From Promethearchaeota archaeon (lineage in GTDB: Archaea > Asgardarchaeota > Lokiarchaeia > Sigyniarchaeales > SOKP01): DNA of 53,586 nucleotides. Shown here piece by piece: positions 10,155 to 20,359 of the stretch. The position numbers and the translations under genes were made by a program. Numbering within the stretch: position 1 is the first letter of the stretch; the number at the start of each line of letters is the position of its first letter. Location of the stretch: assembly GCA_019058015.1 (NCBI GenBank), contig JAHLWH010000033.1, positions 1-53,586 on the forward strand, read 5' to 3'. Below the pieces are notes generated by a model that was not told the DNA's origin, searched no databases, and saw only the letters and a list, made by a program, of their open reading frames with translations.

Positions 10155-12932
10155 ATGAGAAGTATTGTGAAAAGTAAGAAAGAAAAAATACATTTAAAAA
10201 TTAAGCTTGATAGACTTTTAGATGCATTTCTTTATAGAAAAGGCTGGAGGAAATCTTGGGATCGAAGATTTCGAAATTTATATTGGTATTATCGAACACC
10301 TTTAATCTTAAAATTTTTTGAAAAAATATTTCATTATGATATTAATGAATTTAATCTTTACGCTTTAGGACAATCACATCTTGATGCATGTTGGAAATGG
10401 ACTAAGCTTTCCTCAATTCGACGTGCAATTTTAACTTTTGAGAGGGCAATAAAAAATTTAAAGAAATATCCTCACTTTATTTTCAGTCAAACTTCACCAC
10501 AATATTTTGACTGGATAAAGAAATTAAGACCTAAATTATTTAAAGAATTAAAAAGGTTTGCAGAACAAGGAAAGTTTGAATTAATTGGTGGAATGTGGAT
10601 TGAACCAGATACAAATCTACCTTCTGGAGAATCGCTTGTACGGCAGAGATTCTATGGGCAATTATTTTATTTAGAAAATTTTGGAAAGTTGAGTAAAGTA
10701 GCGGCGTTGCCTGATACTTTTGGTTTTTCTGGAAATTTACCGCAAATTTTAACTAAATCGGGAGCAGAATATTTTTGGACTACAAAGATAACTTGGAATG
10801 ATTTTAATAGATTTCCTTTTACTAACTTTTTTTGGCAAGGAATTGATGGAAGCTCAATCTTTACTCATTGTTTTGTTTATAATATTTCAGTTTTATGGCA
10901 TCTTTCAAAATACAAGGAATTAGCTAAACTTCCAAAGAAATCAGGTATAATTTTCAATTCAACTATGAATTTAAATGAAATTAATACTGATTTCCAAGAG
11001 AATTGTGCAAAAACATGCGGGATTTTTTATGGATTTGGAGATGGAGCAATGGGTCCTTTTGAAGAGGAAATTACATTATATTCAGAGATTGGTAGATTGG
11101 GATTATTAAAATTTACAACAATTGAAAATTTTTTTAAGATTTTGAAAAAAGAATGCAATGAATTAATCCCAATATGGAATGATGAGTTATATCTTGAAAA
11201 TCATCGGGCATGCTATACAAGTCAATCAAATATTAAAAAATTAAATCGATTAGCAGAAATTAATTTAAGAAATTTTGAAATATTAAATACCTTTTTTACT
11301 CTACTTTCTAAAACATATGAATACCCAAGGAGAAAAAGTGAAAATTTATGGAAAATAGTTCTATTCAATCAATTTCATGATATTTTACCGGGATCAAGTA
11401 TTCAAGATGTTTATTATGAACAAGAACCAGAATTACACAATGTTATTCATGACACAAAATATTCCTCAAAAATGATAATCCAAATGATCTCTGTTGCACT
11501 TATCAATGATAAATCAATATTAGACGATAATAAATTTCTAATTTTTAATCCTTTAAGTTGGACAAGAGACGGGACAATTAAAATTGAAAATGGAAAAAAA
11601 TATATTGAATACCAAGTAAAAAGGATCCCTGCATTATCTTTTAAAATAGTAGATATATCATTCTTAAAAAATGAAATTAAGCAAAATAATGAGAGTCTAA
11701 TTGCAATAGAAACTAAAAAACAAATTATTTTGGAAAATAAGAAAATTAAGTTTGCTATAGATAAAAATTCAGGAAAGATTTCATCATTAGTTTCAAAAAT
11801 ATTTAAAAAAGAGTTCATACGCTTGGGAGATGGAATTGGTTTTCATGTTTTTCACAATAAACCTCAAAAAAAATATTGTGTTTGGAATTTCGATAAGAAG
11901 TATTCACGTCATCCAATAAAACTCGGTGGAGTCAAAGGTTTAAGAGTAATAAAGGAAAACAACAATAAAATTATGGTTAAACTTATATTTGTATTTAAAA
12001 ATTCTGAAATTATTCAATATATTATTTTGCATGCAGAAGCAGATTATATTGAATTTCGAACTGAAATGGAAATATTTGATAAAAATATGCTTTTTAAAAT
12101 AAGATTTCCATTTGACTTAAACACGAATGAATTAATTACTGAAATTCCATATGGTGCATTAAAAAGAAAAATTATTCCTAAAACAGAATTTGAAAAAGCT
12201 AAATGGGAGTTTCCTGCACAAAAATGGGTATCCATTTCAAATCAAAATTGCGGTATAGTATTAGTAAATGATAGTAAATACGGATTCAATTCTACGAAAA
12301 AAGGTTTATATATGACTTTATTAAATACACCTCATTACCCAACCGATCCATTTTTTTCTTATATTAAACGAGTTCCGAGAAAAGAAAGAAAGAAATATAT
12401 TGATCAAGGACATCATATTATAAATTATGCATTGAAAATTTTTGAAAGTAATTGGGTAAAAGCAGAAGTTTGGAAATTTGGTTATGAATTTAATTACCCT
12501 CTATTATTTGAGAAGATTAAAAAAGACTATGATAATCAAAGAGTTATTGAAAAATGTTTAGATACAGAAACTAGACGAGATATAATCAAATTTATTCAAA
12601 AAGAAAATTCTTTAATTGAAATAAGTGAGCCAAATATAATATTAGAGGTTATAAAACCTCATGAAACAATTCCAATGGGAAAATTTGGTCAAAAAATTTT
12701 TCAAAAAGATATCAAAGAAGGATTGATTTTAAGGTTATACGAGACTGTAGGCAAAATAACAAGCTGTCGTATTAAATTTAATGATTTTTTTAAATTAAAA
12801 GCAGTCTTTGAAATGGATTTACTTGAACTTGATATATTTAATAAAATTATTATTAAGATTAAAGATAATTGTGAATTTAATGTTAATTTTACTCCTTTTG
12901 AGATTAAAACACTTCATATAAAATTAAATTAA
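10155..12932 (+). CDS. Alpha-mannosidase, glycoside hydrolase family 38
   Basis: SHLD..W.W zinc site, GGMWIEPDTNLPSGESLVRQ, nucleophile LPDTFG, NQFHDILPGSSI. Confidence 0.93.
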   Translation: MRSIVKSKKEKIHLKIKLDRLLDAFLYRKGWRKSWDRRFRNLYWYYRTPLILKFFEKIFHYDINEFNLYALGQSHLDACWKWTKLSSIRRAILTFERAIKNLKKYPHFIFSQTSPQYFDWIKKLRPKLFKELKRFAEQGKFELIGGMWIEPDTNLPSGESLVRQRFYGQLFYLENFGKLSKVAALPDTFGFSGNLPQILTKSGAEYFWTTKITWNDFNRFPFTNFFWQGIDGSSIFTHCFVYNISVLWHLSKYKELAKLPKKSGIIFNSTMNLNEINTDFQENCAKTCGIFYGFGDGAMGPFEEEITLYSEIGRLGLLKFTTIENFFKILKKECNELIPIWNDELYLENHRACYTSQSNIKKLNRLAEINLRNFEILNTFFTLLSKTYEYPRRKSENLWKIVLFNQFHDILPGSSIQDVYYEQEPELHNVIHDTKYSSKMIIQMISVALINDKSILDDNKFLIFNPLSWTRDGTIKIENGKKYIEYQVKRIPALSFKIVDISFLKNEIKQNNESLIAIETKKQIILENKKIKFAIDKNSGKISSLVSKIFKKEFIRLGDGIGFHVFHNKPQKKYCVWNFDKKYSRHPIKLGGVKGLRVIKENNNKIMVKLIFVFKNSEIIQYIILHAEADYIEFRTEMEIFDKNMLFKIRFPFDLNTNELITEIPYGALKRKIIPKTEFEKAKWEFPAQKWVSISNQNCGIVLVNDSKYGFNSTKKGLYMTLLNTPHYPTDPFFSYIKRVPRKERKKYIDQGHHIINYALKIFESNWVKAEVWKFGYEFNYPLLFEKIKKDYDNQRVIEKCLDTETRRDIIKFIQKENSLIEISEPNIILEVIKPHETIPMGKFGQKIFQKDIKEGLILRLYETVGKITSCRIKFNDFFKLKAVFEMDLLELDIFNKIIIKIKDNCEFNVNFTPFEIKTLHIKLN

Positions 12933-13065
12933 GAATTTTAAATCAAATTGGTTAATTTTTTTAAATATTCAAAATTTTTACAAACTATTATTTAATAAAT
13001 AAAGCATATGAAAAACTGCTAAAAAATTCTATAAATTTATTTTTAGGATCATTAGGTATTAAAAG

Positions 13066-14349
13066 ATGAATGAATCAAAATCAGCAAAAATTTCTTCTAA
13101 GATAAAATGGGCTATTATTCTTCTAAGTCTTGCAGGTCAACTCGCGTGGGCTGTAGAAAATCAATATTTTAATCTTTTTATATATAATGAGATTGCCCCA
13201 GTGCCTTTTTATATCTCATTATTAGTTGCAATAACCGCAATTATCTCCACATTAACAGCAATTTTTATGGGTGCCTTTAGTGACGTAAAGGGAAAAAGAA
13301 GAATTTTTTTATTAGTCGGTTACTCATTATGGGCGATTACTACTGCGATGTTTCCACTTGCTGGTCTATTTCAGCCTGTCGTGCTTGCGGTTACTATTGC
13401 AATTTTATTTGATTGCATAATGACCTTTTTTGGCGCAACAGCCAATGATGCAGCGTTTAATGCATATGTAACAGATGTTACAACACTCGAAAATCGAGGT
13501 CAAATCGGGTCAATCCTAGAAATTATGTTTCTTATTGCCACTTTAATCATTTACGGATTTGCAGGTTTTATCATTGAAAGTGTAGGGTATTATATTTTCT
13601 TCTATATAATCGGTGCTGTTGTCGGCTTAATTGGAATCCCGGGGGCAATTCTAGCAGCAAAGCCTGAAAACTTAAAACCTTCAAAAGCCGGTTGGTGGAA
13701 GACAATTAGAATTACATTTAGTAAGAATGAGCTGAAAAATAATAAAAATTATTTCATTATTTTAATTGCTGTAGCTATATGGGGTATATCGTTTAATATC
13801 TTCTTTCCCTTCTTAATGATTTATTTAGAGCACTATTTAAACATCAGTATAAACATAGCATCAATATTAGTTTTTATAGCACTTTTAACTTCAATTATCG
13901 CAGCATTTCCTATTGGAAAGGCAGTTGATAAGTTAGGTAGGAAAAAGTTAGCAATCGGCTCGGTATGTCTGGAATCTATTTCTTTAATTCTATTTGCATT
14001 AGCCGAAAATATTATTTTCATAGCTATTACTGCCGTTATGTGGGTATTTGGGATGGTTATATTTGATATTGCTTCAAAAACTTGGATTAAAGATCTTTAT
14101 CCTGAAGAGAAACGGGGACAATTCTCCGGCTATTATATTTTATTTAATGTCTTGATTGGAATGACTATTGGTCCATTAATTGGTGGATTTCTTTCTGAGG
14201 AATTTGGAACTCCAATAGTAATCGATGGAATACCCGGTTTCATTCCACCGCCAATTATCTTTATTGTAGGTGGAATTATAATGCTATTTGTATTAGTTCC
14301 TTTAATTCGAGCGAAAGAATTAAAGAAGGAGAATGAAATGGAAAAATAA
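13066..14349 (+). CDS. MFS transporter (sugar-related)
   Basis: About 12 TM segments; GQLAWAVENQYFN, GAFSDVKGKRR, GKAVDKLGRK. Confidence 0.9.
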   Translation: MNESKSAKISSKIKWAIILLSLAGQLAWAVENQYFNLFIYNEIAPVPFYISLLVAITAIISTLTAIFMGAFSDVKGKRRIFLLVGYSLWAITTAMFPLAGLFQPVVLAVTIAILFDCIMTFFGATANDAAFNAYVTDVTTLENRGQIGSILEIMFLIATLIIYGFAGFIIESVGYYIFFYIIGAVVGLIGIPGAILAAKPENLKPSKAGWWKTIRITFSKNELKNNKNYFIILIAVAIWGISFNIFFPFLMIYLEHYLNISINIASILVFIALLTSIIAAFPIGKAVDKLGRKKLAIGSVCLESISLILFALAENIIFIAITAVMWVFGMVIFDIASKTWIKDLYPEEKRGQFSGYYILFNVLIGMTIGPLIGGFLSEEFGTPIVIDGIPGFIPPPIIFIVGGIIMLFVLVPLIRAKELKKENEMEK

Positions 14350-14524
14350 TATTTTCAAATGAAAAATCAATGAGTTCTCTCATGGTTGATAAAATCCATT
14401 CTGACCAAATTCTCTTTTCCCTTACTTCAACTTTTTCTTTATATATTTCAAATATGAAAGTTAAATTTAGTTGGTTGTAATTCTTAAAAAGAATTTAAAT
14501 ATTATCTTGTTTTTTTAAAGTTTA

Positions 14525-14878
14525 ATGGCAAACTTCCTAGCTAAAATTAAAAGACCAATTAAAGGATTTCAGTTTGTTTAAAAACATAAGTTAATATCTA
14601 TAATTATTGCCTATTTCATTATTGGGATAATTTATGTTGTAACAGGATTTCTACATAATATTATTATAGGAAAACAAATTGTATTCTCACTTTTAATAAG
14701 TATTCCTTAAGCAGCACCATTTTGGCCTATAATGATTTATACTGACTTTAAACACATAGGCATAATGTTTCAAGATGTTATCACATTAATCTCCGTTGTT
14801 TTATTCGTAATATTTTTTTACATTATTTTCCAATGGTCAAATGAAGAAAAGAGACAATTGAATCATAATAAGAATTGA
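14525..14878 (+). pseudogene. Small membrane-protein gene with two in-frame TAA stops
   Basis: One frame: MANFLAKIKRPIKGFQFV*KHKLISIIIAYFIIGIIYVVTGFLHN...SIP*AAPFWPIMIYTDFKHIGIMFQDVITLISVVLFVIFFYIIFQW...; TAA at 14579 and 14708. Confidence 0.6.
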
Positions 14879-15061
14879 AAGTAAGCGAGTTAATTCTTAA
14901 AGAATTTAAAGAGTATAATTATATTTCTTTCACCATATGATAAAACATTTATACTCATTGATTAATACTTCTTTTCGATAAATTAAGGGAATTGTTTTTA
15001 AATTTTCATTATTTCTCTTTAATCATAAATTTAAATAAAAATTACTTAAGGAAATAAAAAA

Positions 15062-17566
15062 ATGAGTAAAATTAATGAAAAATTAGAAGTTCAAAAACAA
15101 GAACCAAAGTTTCCCGTCGCGGAATCTCATGATTTATTACCAAGATCAAAATGGCTCAGAGAATATTATTTTAAAGGAGTTGAAAGAGAATGGAATAATG
15201 AATATACACCTTTTACAACTGATACTGACTGGGATATTATTTTTAACGAAGGAAATTTCTATATTGTGCCTGTAATGTACTATTATATAGGTATTAAAGA
15301 TAGAGGACCGTTTGCATCTTCTTTTAGATCTATGGCAATTCTGGTTAAATTGCCTGAAAATTTTTGGAATAAACCTTTACCAGTACGTAGAGCTTTATTT
15401 TTTGAGGAAGTAATGTTAAATTATATTCCACAAGAGATTATTTCGGAAAATGATTTAATCGCAGGAGGGAGATTTCACACTCAATTAAGTAAATGCTTTA
15501 ATGAAAAAGAGGCAAAAATATTTTGGAAAAAAAATATAAGAAATAGAAATGCTGTTTTTAAATTTCATAAAAATGGGTTTGGAAATGTTGGTGCCACCGG
15601 AGGTCATATTATTGCCGATTATGAAACAGTTATTAAGAAGGGATTTAAATACATTTACGAAAATATTAAAAAAAATTATGAAAAATTAAGTAAAAAAGAG
15701 AAAAAAGGCTTTAAAGGACACCAACTTAAAGCAATGATGATCTCTGCAGAAATTCCTAGAAAATTGGCTAAAAAATATGCTGAAGAGTGTAGAAGATTAA
15801 AAAATGAAGCATCAACTCCCGAACGTGCAGAAGAATTTGAACAAATGGCAAAAAATTTGGAAATAGTACCATGGGAGCCTGCTGAAACATTTTGGCAAGG
15901 AGTTCAATCACTGTGGCTTATTCATATGTTAATAATTGCTGAAGAATCCTATCCTGGGCCGGGAGTTTCTTTTGGAAGAACAGATCAACATTTATGGGAT
16001 TTATATAAAAAAGATGTGATTGATGAGAAAAATATTACAAAAGAATTCGCTAAGGAAATCCTTGGTTCATTTTGGTTTCACTGTAATACTGTATATGATG
16101 CCCAAATAAAGATTGGAGGGAATCAAGGTATTTCCTCCGGTTTCGGTCAATTAATGACGTTATCTGGAATGGGATCAAATGGAGAAGATTTAGCAAATGA
16201 GCTTACTTATACAATTTTAGAAGTTATAGATGAGTGGAGCCCAATCTTAGAACCTAAGCCAAATGTTCGTTTACATCGGAATACTCCTGATAAATTACTT
16301 GATATTATTGTTGATATGATTTTCAGAGCACAAGGAGCTCCATACATATTAAATTTTGATGAAAGAAGCATTGCTGGAATGATTGCAGAAGGTATTCCAA
16401 AAGAGGATGCATGGGATTATGCTTGTGTTGGTTGTTTAGAGAATACTATGCAGGGTAATGATCGCTCAGGCACCGTAAATTGTAATCCAAATTTAGCTAA
16501 AAGCATAGAACTCACTCTATGGAATGGTAAAAATATGCCTGACAAAAGTGACACATCAAAATCAAGAGAACAATTTGGTCCAAAAACTGGAGATCCAGAA
16601 AATTTTGAGACATGGGAAGAATTTTGGAACGCATGGGTTGAACAGATGAAATTTATTATAAGATATACAGTTGAAGTAAACAATCTGACCGAAGAACTTC
16701 GCGGAGAATTCCTTCCAACACCATATGTATCAACAATCGTCCGAGGTTGTGCTGAGAATGGATTGGATGTTAGACAAGGTGGTCCCGAGCTAAGATTTAT
16801 AACAATTGAAGGTGTTGGATATGCCACTACAGTAGATTCCTTATTATCAATTAAGAGATACGTTTATGAAGATAAGAAATATACAATTGCTCAAGTTAAA
16901 AAGGCTTTAATGGAAGATTATCAAGGTAAAGAGAATGCTATAATGCGAACCTTATTCAAAAATAAGGCTCCAAAATATGGAGTTGACGACGATGAGTTTG
17001 ATGAGTTAGGTAGGATGGTAATGAAAACATGGTCAGATGAATGCTGGAAATATAAAACTCCAACTAATTTCCAATTCCGTCCTGGAATGCTTTCCTGGAA
17101 CTATTGGGCAGGTGCTGATGCTGCTAATACAATAGCAACTCCAGATGGTAGGAATAAAGGGAGATTTTTATCAAATGCAATTTGTCCTACAAATGGAGCG
17201 GATATAAAAGGTCCAACGGCGGTAACTAATTCGGTAGGAAAAGTTTTAGGAGGCAAAACTGAGGATGGAGAATATATAAATTATTTACCAAATGGATCAA
17301 GTCATATCATATCGTTTAATCCAAGTATGTTACGAGATCCCGAACATATAAATAAATTTAAAGCTTATTTACGGGGATATATCGAAAATGGCGGTACTGC
17401 TTTGCAAATAAATATGATAGATGCTGAAATGTTAATAGATGCTCAAAAACACCCTCAGAATTACAAAAACTTGCTTGTAAGAGTCACAGGTTATAACGCC
17501 TACTTTCATGCGATTGGAAGGGAACTTCAAGATGAGATAATTGCTAGGGAGTCTCATCAAATGTAA
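15062..17566 (+). CDS. Glycyl radical enzyme (PFL2/diol-dehydratase-like superfamily), substrate unknown
   Basis: Gly loop LLVRVTGYNAYF, Cys loop YACVGCLE, PAETFWQGVQ, SFGRTDQ. Confidence 0.92.
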   Translation: MSKINEKLEVQKQEPKFPVAESHDLLPRSKWLREYYFKGVEREWNNEYTPFTTDTDWDIIFNEGNFYIVPVMYYYIGIKDRGPFASSFRSMAILVKLPENFWNKPLPVRRALFFEEVMLNYIPQEIISENDLIAGGRFHTQLSKCFNEKEAKIFWKKNIRNRNAVFKFHKNGFGNVGATGGHIIADYETVIKKGFKYIYENIKKNYEKLSKKEKKGFKGHQLKAMMISAEIPRKLAKKYAEECRRLKNEASTPERAEEFEQMAKNLEIVPWEPAETFWQGVQSLWLIHMLIIAEESYPGPGVSFGRTDQHLWDLYKKDVIDEKNITKEFAKEILGSFWFHCNTVYDAQIKIGGNQGISSGFGQLMTLSGMGSNGEDLANELTYTILEVIDEWSPILEPKPNVRLHRNTPDKLLDIIVDMIFRAQGAPYILNFDERSIAGMIAEGIPKEDAWDYACVGCLENTMQGNDRSGTVNCNPNLAKSIELTLWNGKNMPDKSDTSKSREQFGPKTGDPENFETWEEFWNAWVEQMKFIIRYTVEVNNLTEELRGEFLPTPYVSTIVRGCAENGLDVRQGGPELRFITIEGVGYATTVDSLLSIKRYVYEDKKYTIAQVKKALMEDYQGKENAIMRTLFKNKAPKYGVDDDEFDELGRMVMKTWSDECWKYKTPTNFQFRPGMLSWNYWAGADAANTIATPDGRNKGRFLSNAICPTNGADIKGPTAVTNSVGKVLGGKTEDGEYINYLPNGSSHIISFNPSMLRDPEHINKFKAYLRGYIENGGTALQINMIDAEMLIDAQKHPQNYKNLLVRVTGYNAYFHAIGRELQDEIIARESHQM

Positions 17567-17615
17567 AAACATATGGATTTCGATAAATAAAATAAAAAAA
17601 GAGTTGAAAAATAAA

Positions 17616-18500
17616 ATGATTAAAAAAAAAGGATTAACAGAATGGTATCCGGAATTTTCTAAAGAAGCAATTGTTTTTACAGAACCAGAAATTATGGTAA
17701 AATTAATTTCAACAATTGATCCCCGTGGTTGGCCTCATATAACTCTTATTTCTAGTAATCGAGCAAAAACTAAAAACCAAGTAGTGTGGGGACAATTTAC
17801 TGAAGGATTAAGCAAGAAGTATGTGGAAAAGAATCCAAAACAAGGAATATTTTGGATGACAGCAGAAATGCCATTTAAATTTCTTCAGGCAAAGGTAAAA
17901 TTTAGTCATTGGAAAATAGAAGGAGAAGATATCGAGTATTTTAATAAATTAGATCTTATGCGATATAATCCATATATGAATATTTGGAAAGTTTTTTATA
18001 ACGATGTTATAGCGGTATCTCCAATAAGAAAATTATCCTTACTAGGTGTTATAAAAGGAATTTTATTAGATATGATTGGAAGGGGCGCAACAAAAACTAA
18101 ACTTCCTGAGAAACGATTAAATGTTATTGGGTATAAGCTTTTTAAAGGTGCATTAAATCCTAAATTTATTTCTTATATTGATCCTTCTGATGGGTATCCT
18201 GTTATTATTCCGTGTATTCAATTACAAGCCTCTGATCATAATCGCTTAATCTTTCCACTTACAGTTTTAAAAGAAGATTTAAAGAAAATTCCACCTAATT
18301 CTAAAATCGCTGTTTTTGGAAATAATACAGATTTAGTTAGTCAATTAGTTAATGGAACATTTCTAGGGTTTAAAAAATTTAGGGGAATAAAGTTTGGTGT
18401 AGTTGAAATTGAAGAGATTTATAATAGTTGTCCCCCTTTAATAGGAAAAATATATCCGGAAATAGAAACACGACCTAAAGTTACAAATTTTCAATTATAA
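17616..18500 (+). CDS. Tandem pyridoxamine-5'-phosphate-oxidase-like (split-barrel, FMN-binding) protein
   Basis: Two repeats of the K.IS.ID..G.P motif (KLISTIDPRGWPHITLI; KFISYIDPSDGYPVIIP). ATG 17616 preferred over the overlapping TTG at 17541. Confidence 0.7.
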   Translation: MIKKKGLTEWYPEFSKEAIVFTEPEIMVKLISTIDPRGWPHITLISSNRAKTKNQVVWGQFTEGLSKKYVEKNPKQGIFWMTAEMPFKFLQAKVKFSHWKIEGEDIEYFNKLDLMRYNPYMNIWKVFYNDVIAVSPIRKLSLLGVIKGILLDMIGRGATKTKLPEKRLNVIGYKLFKGALNPKFISYIDPSDGYPVIIPCIQLQASDHNRLIFPLTVLKEDLKKIPPNSKIAVFGNNTDLVSQLVNGTFLGFKKFRGIKFGVVEIEEIYNSCPPLIGKIYPEIETRPKVTNFQL

Positions 18501-18769
18501 TTATCTTTTTTTTCCTTAACTTTAGTATTAATAAAAATATTAACATTTAGAATCTAATTTTTCATTTTTTTAAATAATTAATTGAAGGAAATTGATTTTC
18601 TAAGAGGAATTAAAAAATTCAATATTAAGAGTTTTTGATTTATTATTGGTAAAATTTACTGAATTCTTATAGAAACAATACCTATTTAAATATTAAGCGG
18701 TTTAAATATAAACTGTTTATTTAAGAAATATTTAAAAATTATAAAAGAAAAAATGAGGAAAAATTTAAA

Positions 18770-19132
18770 ATGTCAAGTGATCAACTCGCATTTTTAGAAA
18801 AAATGAAGAAATTAGCAGAAGAAAATGAGGAATTTAAAGAAGAATTAGAGGATCTTGATGAAATTATTGCTCAAAATATAATTACAGATGTTAATTATAA
18901 GTTCTGGATTAAATTTGGAGGAGGCAAATTTGAGTATGGCGAAGGCGAGATAGAGAATCCTTCATTTACAATGTCTTGCACCGCAGCTATTATGACCGGC
19001 ATGGGCACAGGAGAAGTTGATGGTACTTCAGCCTATATGTCAGGTGATTTAACTATAGAAGGAGATTTGCAAGGTGCAATAGCCTATGGCGAAATTACTG
19101 GAATCGCTAGGGATATTTTAGAAGAAGAATAA
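18770..19132 (+). CDS. SCP2 sterol/lipid carrier domain protein
   Basis: GEVDGTSAYMSGDLTIEGD signature; 120 aa, acidic. Confidence 0.9.
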   Translation: MSSDQLAFLEKMKKLAEENEEFKEELEDLDEIIAQNIITDVNYKFWIKFGGGKFEYGEGEIENPSFTMSCTAAIMTGMGTGEVDGTSAYMSGDLTIEGDLQGAIAYGEITGIARDILEEE

Positions 19133-19266
19133 GATAATTCTAAAAAATAAATGATTTATTATAATTTTTTTTTTATTTTTTAATATTTTTTTTTTATAAT
19201 AATTAAACAATCTTTATTTTTATAGCATTTTTCATTATTTATCCATTATAAAATAGTTTTCTTAAA

Positions 19267-20250
19267 ATGGTAAATTTGATAAATTCTAAACATGGATTAA
19301 TATTTGAAATTCAGAGAATGTCTACAGAGGATGGTCCGGGAATCAGGACAACAATATTTTTTAAAGGCTGTCCTTTAAAATGTGTGTGGTGTCATAATCC
19401 TGAATCGATCTCAAAGGAGCCCCAACTTCAATGGTTTAAAAATAAATGTATTGGCTGTAATACATGTATTGAAACTTGCCAGCAACAAGCCTTATCTTTT
19501 GATAAAGATGGATTAAAAATAGATCGAGATAAATGTATCTCGTGTGGAAATTGTACCGATGAGTGTCCTAGTACTGCATTAAATATGATTGGTAAAAAAT
19601 GGGATCTATATGACTTATTTCATGAAATAGAGAAAGATAAAGTCTATTATACCACATCTAAAGGAGGTATTACAGTTTCAGGAGGCGAGCCTACATTACA
19701 ATCGAAATTTATAGAAGATTTTCTAAAGAAATGTAAAGAAAATAACATCAATACTGCACTAGATACTTGTGGATATGCATCCAAAGAGGTTTACCAAAAA
19801 TTATTACCGTATTTAGACTTAGTCCTTTTTGATATTAAAGAGATTAACCCCAGAAAACATAAGGAATATACTGGCGTTTCTAATGAGAGAATTTTAGAAA
19901 AGGCAATTTGGATTTTAAATTATATAGAAAAGCATAATAAGAAAATGTGGATAAGAACGCCTTTAATTCCGAATTTTACTGCTACTGAAGAAAATATCAA
20001 AGGAATAGGAAATTTCATTGTAAATGATTTAAGGAATAAAATTGAACGTTGGGATCTTTTGGCCTTCAATTCACTTTGCTCGGGAAAATATTCCAGATTA
20101 GGGATATCATGGGTATTAAAGGATGAACCTTTATTAACTGATGAAAAAATGGAATACTTCTCTAAAATTGCTAAAGAAATCGGTGTTATTAATGTTCATT
20201 GGTCAGGATTAACTATAAAAATTGATTCTGAAGTTAAAGAACTGATATAA
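19267..20250 (+). CDS. Glycyl-radical activating enzyme (radical SAM with a 2x[4Fe-4S] insert)
   Basis: DGPGIRTTIFFKGCPLKCVWCHNPE, two CxxCxxCxxxC motifs, GGITVSGGEP. Confidence 0.95.
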   Translation: MVNLINSKHGLIFEIQRMSTEDGPGIRTTIFFKGCPLKCVWCHNPESISKEPQLQWFKNKCIGCNTCIETCQQQALSFDKDGLKIDRDKCISCGNCTDECPSTALNMIGKKWDLYDLFHEIEKDKVYYTTSKGGITVSGGEPTLQSKFIEDFLKKCKENNINTALDTCGYASKEVYQKLLPYLDLVLFDIKEINPRKHKEYTGVSNERILEKAIWILNYIEKHNKKMWIRTPLIPNFTATEENIKGIGNFIVNDLRNKIERWDLLAFNSLCSGKYSRLGISWVLKDEPLLTDEKMEYFSKIAKEIGVINVHWSGLTIKIDSEVKELI

Positions 20251-20359
20251 TTAACAAATTTTTTCCTTTCTGTTTCTTCTGGCTAATAAATAAATATTTT
20301 TTAACCTAGCTGGTTATTAATATTATAAGTTTAAGGTCAGAAATAAAATGTGATTTTTT

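Noticed and set aside
15062-17566. Calling the GRE pflB or an alkyl/benzylsuccinate synthase
   Set aside because: Lacks the PFL CC pair; no small subunits or other diagnostic evidence for fumarate addition.
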